From a plasmid: a DNA stretch of 64,000 nucleotides. The notes beneath the pieces are model-generated. The model was not told the DNA's origin, did not search any database, and was given only the letters and a program-made list of their open reading frames with translations. Positions 20,465 to 31,958 of the stretch are shown in pieces (the stretch's first letter is position 1; each line of letters starts with the position of its first letter). The stretch lies in the sequence record NZ_CP049261.1; one strand, 5' to 3'. The translations under genes and the position numbers were made by a program.

Positions 20465-23406
20465 TTGATGGCGCGTCACGTTTCCGGGCTGCTGAAAGCG
20501 GTCTGTTTCCTCTTTGTTTTTGCCGTGCTGTTTGCAGTGACGCTCTCCTCTGCCCGCGCGCTTTCCACCGCGTGCACGGCGCTGAACGCGGCAAGCCCGG
20601 TGAGTTCCGGCCTCAGCACGTACAACGCCAGCAGTTTCAGCGCAGATGAAACTCTCACCGTCTCGTTTACCGACAGTGGCGCGGGTACAGGCGGCCTGCC
20701 GATGAATGCGGATACCGTCATCATGCAATCCCGTGACTTCTCGCAGCATTATCTGATGCATTACAGCTCCGATGGCAATGCGGGGAGTTTCAGCACCACG
20801 CTGACCGGCGCACAGCTCACGGCGGGCGGACTCTGGTTAAAAGTCTCAACGGCCAACGGCTTTATCAGCCCGGTGACGGTTTCCTGTACTGCGGCGGCCA
20901 CGCTCTCCTCCGATGCCACGCTGAGCGGGCTCTCGTTTTCCGGCGGCGCGCTCTCGCCTGGCTTCTCAGCCAGCAACACCAGCTACCACGCGACGGTCGA
21001 TTACGCGGTCTCCTCGGTGACGCTGACGCCAGTTACCACCCACAACGCCTCCACTGTCACCGTGAATGGCAACGTCGTGTCTTCCGGCTCCGCATCGCCC
21101 TCTGTCAACCTGAGCGTGGGTACCAATACCCTCACGATCGTCGTAACCGCCGAAGATGGCACCACCAAAAACTACAGCGTTGTTATCCAGCGCAACGAGC
21201 AGACGCCCGTGGCGGGTAACGTCAGCGCGCAGGTGGCGTCCAACAGTCAGAATAACCCCATTGCACTCGCGCTCTCCGGCGGCACCGCAACGGCGGTGAA
21301 TCTGGTTAGCCCGCCGCAGCACGGCACGCTGATGATTTCCGGTACGACGGTTACGTACACGCCGCTGGCCGGGTATAGCGGCAGCGACAGTTTTACCTAC
21401 AACGCCAGTAACAGCGCGGGCACCTCGGCGAACGCCACAGCATCGCTGACCATTACCGCGCCCGCGGCCGTGACGATATCGCCCGCCAGCGGCGCGCTTA
21501 CGCCTGCCACCGTGGGCAGCGCCTGGTCGCAGAACGTTTCCGTCACCGGCGGCACAGCGCCTTATATCTGGACTGCGCATGGCCTGCCGGCAGGTATCAC
21601 GCAGAACAGCGCGACCGGCGCGCTCTCCGGTACGCCCACCACGTCCGGCAGTTTCAGCATTTCGCTGACCGCGCAGGATGCCGCGGGCGTTTCTTCCACC
21701 GTAACCTATACGCTGGTGGTATCAAACGGCGCGCCACCTGACGCCACGCTCGTGATGACGCCAGCGGCGGGCGCGCTCCCGTCCGGCACCGTTGGCACGG
21801 CCTTATCGCAGACGTTCGCGGTGAACGGCGGCGCTGCGCCATATCGCTGGCAGCTGAGCGGCTCGCTGCCCGCTGGGCTCACTTTCTCCGGTGGCCTCCT
21901 GAAAGGCACGCCGGGCGTGGCAGGCGACAGCGCCTTTACGCTGTCAGTCACCGATGCGAACGGCACCACGGTTCACGCTGCCTACACGCTGCGCATTAAC
22001 GCCGCGGCGGCACAGGCGGTGGATCAAAGCGCGTCGCTCTCTGCCGGGCGCGTGACCCGCGTGTCGCTCACGCGTGGTGCCACCGGCGGCCCGTTCACCG
22101 GCGCGCGTCTGCTGGCCCCCCGGATAAACGCCAGGGCACGGCCAGCATCCAGCCGCAGGGTGGCGATTACGAACTGACATTTACCGCCGCGCCGCAGGCC
22201 AGCGGTACCGTTGTGCTGCGCTATGTGTTGTTAAGTGCTTCGGGCATTACGTCACCTGCGACCATTACGTTCTCCATCGCCTCACGCCCCGATCCGTCGA
22301 AAGACGCCAGCGTGACGGGCACCGTCAGCGCGCAGTACCAGGCGGCGCAGAACTTCGCCCGCGCGCAGATCCGCAACTTCAACGATCGCCTTGAACAGCT
22401 GCACGGCAGCGAAGACGTACCGTCCAGTCTGAATGGCGTCCACTTCGCCCTGCCCTCCTCGCCGGCGGAACGCGGGCTGGATACCGATCTCTGGAACGCC
22501 GCGCTTCAGCAGCAGGCGCAGCTGGATGCGCAGAACAGTCTGCCGCCTGCGCTGCCATTTGGCATGCAGACGCCTGGCCAGCGGCTCTCTTACTGGACGG
22601 GCGGCTATGTCGATTTCGGGCGCGATAAAGACGCGACGATGCGCCTGAGCCATACGCTGGTGGGCGTCAGCACCGGCGTGGATTACCGCTTCACGCCCAC
22701 CGTGACGGCAGGTGTGGGAATGGGGTTCGGGCGCGACGTCAGCGATATCGGCGACACCGGCACCCGCAGCAATGGCCGCTCACTGAGCACCGCGCTGTAT
22801 GCGAGCTATCACCCGGACGCGGTTTTCGTCGACGGGCTGTTAGGTTACAGCCGCCTCGATTTCGACAGCAAACGCCACGTGAGTGAAACAGATGTGTATG
22901 CGCGCGGCAGCCGCGCCGGCAGCCAGGTCTTTGTCGCGCTGACCTCCGGCTACGAATTCCGCCTGCCGCAGAGTCTCGTCTCGCCGTATGGCCGCGTGCA
23001 GATTTCAAAGACGCATCTGGAGAGCTACAGCGAATCGGATGCGGGCATGTATAACCTGGCGTTCGCGCCGCAGCGTTTTTCACAGGTGACGGGCAGCGCG
23101 GGCCTGCGCGCCGAACACCGTGTACCGGTAAGCTGGGGCGATCTTCGTCTGCAAAGCCGCGTGGAGTATTCACGCCTGATGAATGACACCGGCAGCGCGC
23201 GCGTCGGGTATGCCGATACCGGCAACGACACCTGGCGCCTGTCGCTGTATGAGCAAAATCGCCAGACGCTGGCGCTTGGCGTCGGGCTTGATATGGCGCT
23301 ACCGAATGGCGTCACGCCTGGGCTTGCGTATCAGGGTACGCTGGGGCTGGATGACAGAGGTTCACGCGCCCAGACCATCATGGCGCGCATGAACGTGGCG
23401 TTTTAA
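20465..23406 (+). pseudogene. autotransporter adhesin with cadherin-like/Ig-like passenger repeats and C-terminal beta-barrel. Frameshift in a C6 homopolymer at 22116-22121
   Basis: Signal peptide at the N-terminus. The passenger has repeated (S/T)-rich units of about 90 aa of the 'putative Ig / dystroglycan-type cadherin-like' kind. The second ORF (22213-23406) is an autotransporter beta-domain ending ...MARMNVAF. Adding one C to the C6 run fuses the two ORFs into one frame. Confidence 0.8.
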
Positions 23407-23417
23407 TCTGCCATAAA

Positions 23418-23458
23418 AAAACGGCGCAGAAGATAACCCCTGCGCCGTTGGTTTTATG
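23418..23458. terminator. bidirectional rho-independent terminator between the autotransporter (+) and glgX (-)
   Basis: AACGGCGCAG-N10-CTGCGCCGTT hairpin flanked by A-run and T-run. Confidence 0.7.
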
Positions 23459-23467
23459 GCATCGCCA

Positions 23468-25505
23468 TTACGGACGTCTGAACAGCGCGATGCTGCGCCC
23501 TTCGAGCTCGAAATCCTTCTCTTTGGTGATAACCAGGCCGTGATTCGCGGTGTCGGAGGTGGTCAGTTCCAGCACCCAGCCGCCTTCGCCAAACTGCGGA
23601 ATGCGGAACGGCACGTTGCCTTCAAACGGGTTGAACAGCATCAGCACGTCGTGCCAGATGCCCTCTTCGGTCTCCAGATCGGGCCTGCCGATGTACACCC
23701 CGAGCGTCGAGCCTTCGTCCCACTGCTCCGGCTGCTGATAGCCGCCGCCCGCGTTGAACCACTCGATAACCATCCCGTCGCGCCAGTTTTCACGGCGCAG
23801 CAGCGGCTGCTCGGCGCGCAGCTTAATCACCTTACGGGTGAATTCGCGCAGCGCCTCGGCGCTTTCCGGCAGGTTCTCCCAGTGCACCCAGGAAATTTCG
23901 CTGTCCTGGCAGTAGCCGTTGTTATTCCCCATCTGGCTGCGGCCAAACTCGTCACCCGCCAGCAGCATCGGCGTACCGTGGGAGAACAACAGCGTGGCGA
24001 GGAAGTTACGTTTCTGGCGCTCACGCACCGCGTTGATGCCTTCATCGTCCGTCGGGCCTTCCGCGCCGTAGTTGTACGAGCGGTTGTCGTTATGGCCGTC
24101 GTTGTTATCCTCGCCGTTATCCTCGTTGTGCTTCTCGTTGTACGACACCAGGTCGTTGAGCGTGAAGCCGTCATGAGCGGTAATAAAGTTGACGCTCGCC
24201 CACGGACGGCGGCCGCGCTGATCGTAGAGATCGCCGGAGCCGAGCAGGCGCGCCGCGAAATCGGTCGAGACGTTATCGCCCTTCCAGTATTCACGCACCG
24301 TATCGCGGTATTTGTCGTTCCACTCCGCCCAGCCCGGCGGGAAGCCGCCCACCTGATAGCCGCCGGGCCGATGTCCCACGGCTCGCCAATCAGTTTCACT
24401 TTCGAGAGCACCGGATCCTGCATGATGGCGTCAAAGAAGCCGCCGCGCTGGTCAAATCCTTCCGGTTCGCGGCCAAGAATGGTGCCAAGATCGAAACGGA
24501 AACCGTCGATATGCATCGATTCCGCCCAGTAACGCAGCGAATCCATCACCATCTGCAGCACGCGCGGGTGCGACGTATTCACCGTATTGCCGGTGCCGGT
24601 ATCGTTGATGTAATAGCGGTGCTGATCGGGCATGGTGCGGTAATAAGAGAAGTTATCGATACCTTTAAACGACAGCGTCGGGCCAAGCTCGTTGCCTTCG
24701 GCGGTGTGGTTATAGACCACATCCAGGATCACCTCGATACCGGCGTCATGGTAGGCACGTACCATATCGCGAAAACCCTGAATGCCGCGCGGGCCGAAAT
24801 AGCGCGAGGCAGGTGCGAAGAAGCCGAGCGAATTGTAGCCCAGAAGTTTTTCAGCCCCTTGTCCAGCAGATGCTGATCGTCCGGGAACCAGTGCACCGGC
24901 AGCAGTTCAACAGAGGTAATGCCCAGGCTCTTGATGTAATCCACCGTCGCCTTATGCCCCATACCGTCGTAGGTGCCGCGCAGCTCCGGCGGCACCGCCG
25001 GGTTGAGCTGCGTGAAGCCTTTGACATGAGTTTCATACACCACCGCGTGTGGCCAGGCGATGGTTGGCCGGTTCTGATCCTGCCAGTCAAATTCGTTCGG
25101 ATCGATGACGCGACACTTCGGCATATAGGGCGCGCTATCGCGCTCATCGAAGGTAAGATCTTTATCTTCGTGCAGCAGGTCGTAGGCAAAATGCGCCTCG
25201 TTCCATTCGATATTGCCGACGAGATCGCGTGCGTACGGGTCGACCAGCAGCTTGTTCGGGTTAAAGCGATGACCGTTTTCCGGATCGTACGGCCCGTGTA
25301 CGCGGTAACCATACAGCGCGCCAGGTTGCAGACCCGGCACATAGCCGTGCCAGACTTCATGCGTATATTCCGGCAGCGTCAGACGAGCGATTTCATTTTT
25401 GCCGCTCGGATCGTAGAGACACAGCTCCACGCGCTCGGCGTGTGCGGAGAAAATCGCGAAGTTCACCCCCTCGCCGTCGTAATTTGCGCCGAGGGATAAC
25501 TGCAT
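23468..25505 (-). pseudogene. glgX: glycogen debranching enzyme / isoamylase (GH13_11, TreX-type). Two frameshifts
   Basis: Three overlapping ORFs (24729-25505, 23827-24765, 23468-24379). Together they are collinear with GlgX: CBM48 N-terminus, then ...[13 protein letters not shown]..., then GlgX-like C-terminal sequence. One junction reconstructs when a G is added to a GGG run (LKNFWGYNS...). Confidence 0.85.
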
Positions 25506-25608
25506 CCCGCCGTGATTTCAAAAGCCTTACCGTTTGACATATCTCCCTCTCCCTCCGGACCGTAAATGTTCAGGACTACCACGATTCATGATGTTTATTT
25601 ACATGGAA

Positions 25609-28138
25609 TCAGTCGGTTATGAGTATCACGGACGAGCAGCCGTCGGCTGTCTCCAGGTTTATCCGATCGGCGAGCGTTACCGTCTCGCCGGTCAGCACGT
25701 TGCGCCAGCGTCGCTGCGCGAGCGTCGCTGGCAGCACGATGTGGGTGTCGTGCCAGCCTGCACGGGCCGGTAGCGACGCGCTTTCATAAAGCGCGGTGAA
25801 CATCAGCCGCGGCGCTATCACGATGATGGCGTCATCGCCGAGCGTGCGGGCGTAAGCAATCACGTTACTGTCGAACTCGCCTTCGGCGTGAAGCGGCAAA
25901 TAGTCACCGTGGCGGAACAGTGCTGGATTCTGCTGGCGCAGGTGCAGCACGCGGGCGATCAGATGCTGCTTAAGCCGCCCGCTGATCCAGTCCTGCGAGG
26001 TGGCAGCAAAATTCGCCTGCGGCGCCAGCATACTGTCGAGCGCGATGAAATCCGGCTCGCGGCGGTTATCCGGGTCCACCAGGCTGAAGTTGAGCGCTTC
26101 GCTGCCCTGGTAGATATCCGGCACGCCAGGCGCGGTCAGCTTCAGCGCCGTCTGGGTCAGGCTGTTCACCAGCCCCGCGCGGATAAACGGCTGCAACGCC
26201 TCGTGGAAATCCTTCAGGAAATCCTGATTATCCGGCGAGAGCATATGGCGTGCGTAATCCAGCACCGCTTTTTCATAGGCGTCGTTAGTGTCCGCCCAGT
26301 CGGTGCGCAGCTTCGCTTCACGCAGCGCTTTTTCCACGAAGCCCAGGAAGCGTTCTTCCAGCGCCTTCAGGCCTGCGGCGTCATCCGGCTTCAGCGTGGC
26401 AGGCCAGACGCCCGCCAGCGCCTGATAGAGCATCCAGGTATCGGCGCCCTTCGGCGCGGTGCCGTCATTGAGGAACACCACTTTGGTCTGGTTGAGCTGA
26501 CGCCAGCGCGCAACGCACTCGGCATAAAACAGCGGCGCTTCGGTGAGTGCATAGAGCCTGGCGCGGGCGTCTTCGCCACGTTTGGTGTCATGGGTTGACG
26601 TGCTGGTAAGCGCGTCCGGCTGATGTTTCAGGCGCAGCTTCATCTCTTTATGGAAGCGATCCGCCGAGTAGGTGCGCGGCAGCGGCTCAGCCCCACTTCA
26701 TTGAGCGCAAGCTGCATGTTCTGGCGGAAAAACAGCGTGTCTTCCACCGATTTGGCCATCAGCGGGCCGGTAAGCTGCTGAAAACGGGTGCGGAACGTGG
26801 CGGCGTCGGCGAGTGAGCCGCCGGAGACGTTGCCGGCCAGCACATCAGCGAGAAACCCGAGCGCCTGCGCATCCGGCGCGTGCTCGCTGGCCTGCACTTT
26901 CGCGACCACTTTCTGCAGCAGCGCGCTGTCGGCGGGCGTCAGCCCCTGCGCGGTGCCGTAGGTGCGATACACCGGGAACGCCACCAGTAATTCGCGCAGC
27001 GCGCCGCGAAGCACCGGCTCTTCCAGGATCACGCCTTCCTGCTGTGCAATGCGGGTTGCCAGCCGCAGCAGCGTGGTGAACTCCCTTCAAAATTCCGGTC
27101 GGCCATCAGCAGCTTGGCGTCACGCAGTTCGGCAGACATATCCACTTCCTGGCCAACCACGTCGTGATACGCCTTGCTGAGATCGTCGAGCTTCGCGTCA
27201 TCCACCAGCACATCCGAGAGCGCGGCGATAAATTCATAGCCCGTGGTGCCGGAAATCGGCCAGTCGTCGGGGATCTGCTCGCCCTTGCCGAGTATTTTTT
27301 CGACGGTGATGTAGCAATCCGGCCCGGCTTTTTCACGCAGCCGCTCCAGATACGCTTTCGGATCGGCAAGGCCATCGACGTGATCCACCCGCAGGCCATC
27401 CACCGCGCCGGCGTGCACCAGTTCGAGGATCAGCCGGTGGCTGTCGTCAAACACGGCGTCATCTTCAACGCGCACGCCCGCAAGCCCGGTTATCTCAAAA
27501 AAGCGGCGGTAGGAGAGCGAGCGCGGCGCGTCGCGCCAGGAAATCAACTGATACGGCTGGCGGTCATGCAGCGCCGCAATCGCCTGTTTATCGGTAATGG
27601 CCAGCACGTCCGCCTCACGCCCCTGCCAGGTCTCCGGGTTGAGCGGGTAGTAGCTGTCGTAATAGGCGAGCGCGGGTTTGCCGGTTTTCGGATCGGGCTT
27701 AACGCTGATTTCGCCGTTCTCCAGCACGTTCTCAAACGTATCGCCCAGGAACGGCAGCGTCAGGCGGCGCGTCCAGTCGATATCGAAATGGCGGGCGTAA
27801 CGGCTTTTTTCGCCGTGTTCAATCACATCGCGCCACCAGGGGTTTTCCAGCGACGCCGCCATATGGTTGGGCACGATATCGAGGATCAGCCCCAGCCCGG
27901 CGGCTTTGAGCGCCTGCACCATGCGGTCAAAGCCTTCGCGCCCGCCGATGGACGGCTCGATTTTATTGGCGTCGGTCACGTCATAACCGTGTGTGGAGCC
28001 GGTGGTCGCGGTAAACACCGGCGACGCGTACAGATGGCTGATGCCAAGCCGCTTCAGATAAGGCACCAGGCCCGCCGCGCGGTCAAACGTCATACCGTTG
28101 CGAAACTGAATGCGGTACGTTGAAGAAGGAATACTCAT
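25609..28138 (-). pseudogene. treY: malto-oligosyltrehalose synthase. Two frameshifts
   Basis: ORFs 27029-28138, 26640-27032 and 25609-26643 are consecutive and collinear with TreY. The GH13 N-terminus is YRIQFRNGMTFDRAAGLVPYLKRLGISHLYASPVF...LDIVPNHMA. Confidence 0.85.
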
Positions 28139-29919
28139 TGCGCGTCTCCTTTCGCCAGGCGAACGTGAATGCTGTTAGCAGGCAGTTCGTCGCCAGCCTG
28201 CGGCCAGGCGAACAGCGTATCGCCCGGCATTTCCGGCAGCGGTTGCGGGCGCTCGCCGATATTCAGCGCCAGCGACAGCGTGCCTTTCGGGAAGGTCCAG
28301 CTCACCGCCACGAAGCCCGGCGCGGTGTCGATAACGCGCCCGCTGTGGCCGCCCGCCGTGGACAGCAGCGGCACGATATGCTCACGGCGAAGCGTCAGCA
28401 GCTCGCGGGTGAGCGCAAGCCACGCCCTCCCCTCTTCGCTTTCCGGCTTCTGCCAGTCGAGCTTCGACATCTCAAACGTCTGCTGCGCGTTCGGGTCCGG
28501 CACGCTGTCGCCGTCCCAGTCGCCGTGGCCTTCAAATTCACGCGCGCGGCCTTCGCGCACGGCTTTCGCCAGATCGCCGTGGAAATCGGTAAAGAACAGG
28601 AACGGGTTGGTTTCGCCGTACTCTTCGCCCATAAACAGCAGCGGAATGTGCGGCGAGAGCAGCAGGGTGGCGAGCAACACTTTGGTACGGTCGCTTCCCG
28701 CGAGCTCAATCAGGCGTTCGCCCCAGGCGCGGTTGCCGACCTGGTCGTGGTTCTGGATAAAATCGACGAAGGCGACCGGCGGCTGGCCGGTGCTGTCCAC
28801 GCCGCGCGGCTCACCGCTCTGCGGCGAGACTTCGCCCTGATAGGCAAAACCTTCCGTCAGTATGCGGGCAACGAGTTTTTCCGGCTGTTCGGCGAAGTCC
28901 TGGTAATAAGCGTGCGTTTCGCCGGTGGCGAACACATGGATGGCGTTATGGAAATCATCGTTCCATTCGCCGGTAAACAGCGGCGCGCTGCCGTCCGGGT
29001 TGCGCGGGTGCAGGAAAATCACGTTGCGGCTGTCTTCGGTGGTGAGATGCGCCGGGCGGTCGGTGATTTCCGCACGGATGCGCTCGGCGATTTCAACCAG
29101 CGCGTGTTTTGCTGAGGTATCTTCAATCTGGTCGATGGCGTCAAAACGCAGGCCGTCCAGGCGGTACTCTTTCAGCCAGTAGAGCGGCGCTTCAACGATG
29201 TAACGGCGCACCGCATCGACGTCATAGGCGATGCCGTTGCCCCACGGCGTCATGCGCTCTTTGTGGAAGAAATCGGGCGCCAGCAGCGGCAGATAGTTAC
29301 CTTCCGGGCCGAAGTGGTTGAGCACGATATCCAGCACCACGGAAAGCCCGTGGGCGTGGGCGGCGTCGATAAACGCTTTGAAATCGTCCGGCGTACCGTA
29401 GGCGGAATGCGGCGCGTAAAGCAGCACGCCATCGTAACCCCAGCCGCGGTTACCGCCGAACTGCGACACCGGCAGCACTTCCAGCATCGTGACGCCAAGC
29501 TGCGCCAGGTACGGCAGCTTTTCAATCGCCGCGCGGAAGGTGCCTTCCGGCGTGAATGTGCCGATATGCATCTCATAGACGACCGTCTCTTCCCACGGGC
29601 GGCCATGCCAGTCCGTGGTTTGCCACTGATACGCGGCGGGATCGACAACCAGCGACGGCCCGTTAACGTCCGCTTTCTGGGCGCGTGAAGCCGGGTCCGG
29701 CACGGTCATGCCGTCTTCCAGCACAAAACAGTATTCGGTTCCGGGTGCGACGCCCGGTACTTCCCGTTCAAACCAGCCATCGCCTGTCGGCGTCATGGGC
29801 AAATCCTGGCCCGCGAGGCGCAGCGTCACGCGCTTCTGTCCGGTCGCCCAGAGACGGAAGCGAGCGGCGCCGTCCGCCGCATATTCGCTACCCCAACTTT
29901 TCAGGAATGTTGACTCCAT
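28135..29919 (-). CDS. treZ: malto-oligosyltrehalose trehalohydrolase
   Basis: 594 aa, intact. N-terminal CBM48 plus GH13 catalytic core (GVTMLEVLPV, VVLDIVLNHFGPEGNYL). Its start overlaps the treY stop. Confidence 0.9.
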   Translation of the reverse strand: MESTFLKSWGSEYAADGAARFRLWATGQKRVTLRLAGQDLPMTPTGDGWFEREVPGVAPGTEYCFVLEDGMTVPDPASRAQKADVNGPSLVVDPAAYQWQTTDWHGRPWEETVVYEMHIGTFTPEGTFRAAIEKLPYLAQLGVTMLEVLPVSQFGGNRGWGYDGVLLYAPHSAYGTPDDFKAFIDAAHAHGLSVVLDIVLNHFGPEGNYLPLLAPDFFHKERMTPWGNGIAYDVDAVRRYIVEAPLYWLKEYRLDGLRFDAIDQIEDTSAKHALVEIAERIRAEITDRPAHLTTEDSRNVIFLHPRNPDGSAPLFTGEWNDDFHNAIHVFATGETHAYYQDFAEQPEKLVARILTEGFAYQGEVSPQSGEPRGVDSTGQPPVAFVDFIQNHDQVGNRAWGERLIELAGSDRTKVLLATLLLSPHIPLLFMGEEYGETNPFLFFTDFHGDLAKAVREGRAREFEGHGDWDGDSVPDPNAQQTFEMSKLDWQKPESEEGRAWLALTRELLTLRREHIVPLLSTAGGHSGRVIDTAPGFVAVSWTFPKGTLSLALNIGERPQPLPEMPGDTLFAWPQAGDELPANSIHVRLAKGDAQ

Positions 29920-30224
29920 TCTGTTACCTCATTTAATCCAGAAGTGAGCAGTGGCGCGATCGCGCGATTTCCGCTCCTGTGGCGCGCCTCAGGAACGTGA
30001 ATGTGAAAGCATGATCCGGGTGCCGCAGCGGGCCGGTAGCGCGCAGGCCGCCTGTGTGAAAGCGGTTTTCTGCCTGGGAGGTACAACGGATTACGGATTG
30101 TCCCGACCCTGGCGGCATACGTGAACAATCATAGACCATTACCGGAGAAGTGCCGGGACGCGCGGCGGGGCGCGTCAGAAGAAGAGGTATCCGCGCCGCG
30201 TGCGAAACGGCGCAGGATGAGAGA

Positions 30225-31553
30225 TTATGCGGCCGCGAGGCGCGCGCACTGCTGGTGCATGCCGTTAAAAATAACGTCGGCCAGAGAGGCGGGGAAATCC
30301 ACCGGGAGCGCGTCGGCCACGCGCGCGATCACCGCAGGCGCGCTGGCTGTCAGCGCATCAATCATGTCGTTGACCTGCGCCGCCGACAGCCCGGCAAGCT
30401 CGCCCTGGCGCAGCCAGTGACGGCGGCGGATCTGGCTCAGGTGGTAATAGTTACTGCTGCCGCGCACCGCCATCGCCAGCTTGCACTTCTGCCACGCAAT
30501 CTGGTTATTACCGGGCCCGATGACCGGCCAGGCGGAGAGCACGTCGTAAAGCGGCGTCAGGTGGTAACGGTTGCCGGGCAGATGCGCAATGCTGAAATTC
30601 TTGGCGTGGCCGTCGGTCGCGGCGAGGATCCAGAAGATAATCTGCGCGCGGAAGAAATTCGCGCGATCCGCCTGCGCGTTTTCTGAACGGCTCAGAACCG
30701 TCATGATATCACCGATGCCCGGCCCGCCGTCGGCCTGATATTTACGCAGCGGCGAAACGCCCAGCGCCTGGCACATATCCTCCTGCGGCAGACGCAGCCA
30801 CCACCGGCCATCACCGGACAGACGGCGGTCGAAGCGCTCAACAATCAGCACTTTTTGCTCTTCGAACTGCGCCATCTGCGTGCGCGCGACCGGAATATCC
30901 CAGGCCGCCAGTAGCTGCGCGCAGAGCCATTCGTTTTCAATGGAGGTGCGCATATCCGCCTGCATGTTGCCCACCAGCCCCAGCGGCAGTTTGAAAATAT
31001 GCGTGGTGGGCGTGTTGCCCTCCGGCAGGCACCACTGGTCTTCGTGCCACAGCAGCGCGGTTTTCTCCTGCGCGCCCGCAATGGAGAGCCGCAGCTCCTC
31101 TTCGCCGCCATGCTGGCCGGGGAACGCCTCTGCGGTGTGGCGCAGCATCGCGGCAATATCCACTGTGGAGAGTGGACGGGCACGGATGGTAAAGAGCCCT
31201 TCCGGCGCTTCACCGGCGGGCAGCAGCTGAATAGCGCCGACGCAGTCGCGCCCCAGCTCCGCCAGCAGATCGAACGGCTCCAGGCTCTGCGCCCGGTAGC
31301 GCATCGCCAGCCGCCGCCGGATGTTTTCGCTGTCCGGCAGCAGGTTGTCGAAGTAATCGCGCACCTGCGCGCCGCGGTAGGACTGATTACCGGGCGTGAA
31401 CGGCAGCGACAGCGACAGCGGCCTGCCCTGCGGATCGGCAATCCACTCCGGCAGATAGGTCAGCCGGTCTTCGCCGTTGTGTTTATCCCAGTAACCGACC
31501 GGCAGGCCGTTCATCCAGAGCGCTAAACGCGACGTGCGGCGCATGATTACCAC
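30225..31553 (-). CDS. hipA: type II toxin HipA (Ser/Thr kinase)
   Basis: 442 aa, collinear with E. coli HipA. Catalytic-loop region ATDGHAKNFS is conserved, as are SIAGAQEKTALL and RLPQEDMCQ. Confidence 0.9.
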   Translation of the reverse strand: MVIMRRTSRLALWMNGLPVGYWDKHNGEDRLTYLPEWIADPQGRPLSLSLPFTPGNQSYRGAQVRDYFDNLLPDSENIRRRLAMRYRAQSLEPFDLLAELGRDCVGAIQLLPAGEAPEGLFTIRARPLSTVDIAAMLRHTAEAFPGQHGGEEELRLSIAGAQEKTALLWHEDQWCLPEGNTPTTHIFKLPLGLVGNMQADMRTSIENEWLCAQLLAAWDIPVARTQMAQFEEQKVLIVERFDRRLSGDGRWWLRLPQEDMCQALGVSPLRKYQADGGPGIGDIMTVLSRSENAQADRANFFRAQIIFWILAATDGHAKNFSIAHLPGNRYHLTPLYDVLSAWPVIGPGNNQIAWQKCKLAMAVRGSSNYYHLSQIRRRHWLRQGELAGLSAAQVNDMIDALTASAPAVIARVADALPVDFPASLADVIFNGMHQQCARLAAA

Positions 31554-31828
31554 GCCTCGCGACGGGCAGGCGAATCGTCACGCGCGGGCGCGTCAGACTC
31601 CGCCGCCTGCGTTTCGCACAGCGTCATCTCAATGCCCAGCACGTTAAAGACGCGGAACAGGCGCTCAATGCTGGCCGTTTCGGGGTTCGCCTCCAGCCGC
31701 GCATAGGTTTGCTGCGTGACGCCAAGCCGCGCCGAAACTTCTTTCTGGGTCAGCCCCTGTTTTTTACGAAAGCCCACCAGCAGCGGGCGCAGCTGGCTGA
31801 GCGTTTTCAGTGGATACCGGGTGTTCAT
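31547..31828 (-). CDS. hipB: HipB antitoxin (XRE-family HTH)
   Basis: 93 aa. The HTH is GLTQKEVSARLGVTQQTYARLE. The C-terminal IEMTLCETQ parallels HipB LSMTLCDAK. It overlaps the hipA start by a few nt, as in E. coli. Confidence 0.85.
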   Translation of the reverse strand: MNTRYPLKTLSQLRPLLVGFRKKQGLTQKEVSARLGVTQQTYARLEANPETASIERLFRVFNVLGIEMTLCETQAAESDAPARDDSPARREAW

Positions 31829-31860
31829 CTTGCTGGTCGCACCTTCAGATACATACGATA

Positions 31861-31940
31861 AGCTGTATTCTCTATTTTACACCCTTCAGGCTGTAGCATG
31901 CAATTACAGCATAAAGGGTGTTAAACGCAGAATACAGCCT
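31861..31940. promoter_or_regulatory. candidate HipB operator / hipBA promoter: nested palindromes (GCTGTATTCT...AGAATACAGC, and CTGTA-N9-TACAG between them)
   Basis: 10-bp perfect inverted repeat at 31862-31871 and 31929-31938. An inner palindrome lies at 31891-31909. Together they sit 35-110 nt upstream of hipB. Confidence 0.4.
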
Positions 31941-31958
31941 GAACGCTGTAAAACGGCA

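Noticed and set aside
20181-20761. Minus-strand ORFs 20181-20594 and 20438-20761 overlapping the autotransporter start and its upstream region.
   Set aside because: They are Arg-rich antisense artefacts. The plus-strand signal-peptide-bearing autotransporter start at 20465 is far better supported.
23456-29688. Plus-strand ORFs of 80-358 aa across the glgX-treY-treZ operon (e.g. 23456-24532, 24813-25499, 25888-26598, 27164-28123, 28120-29115, 29263-29688).
   Set aside because: They are antisense to well-supported glycoside-hydrolase genes and have Arg/Ala/Gln-rich non-protein-like composition. They are high-GC artefacts.
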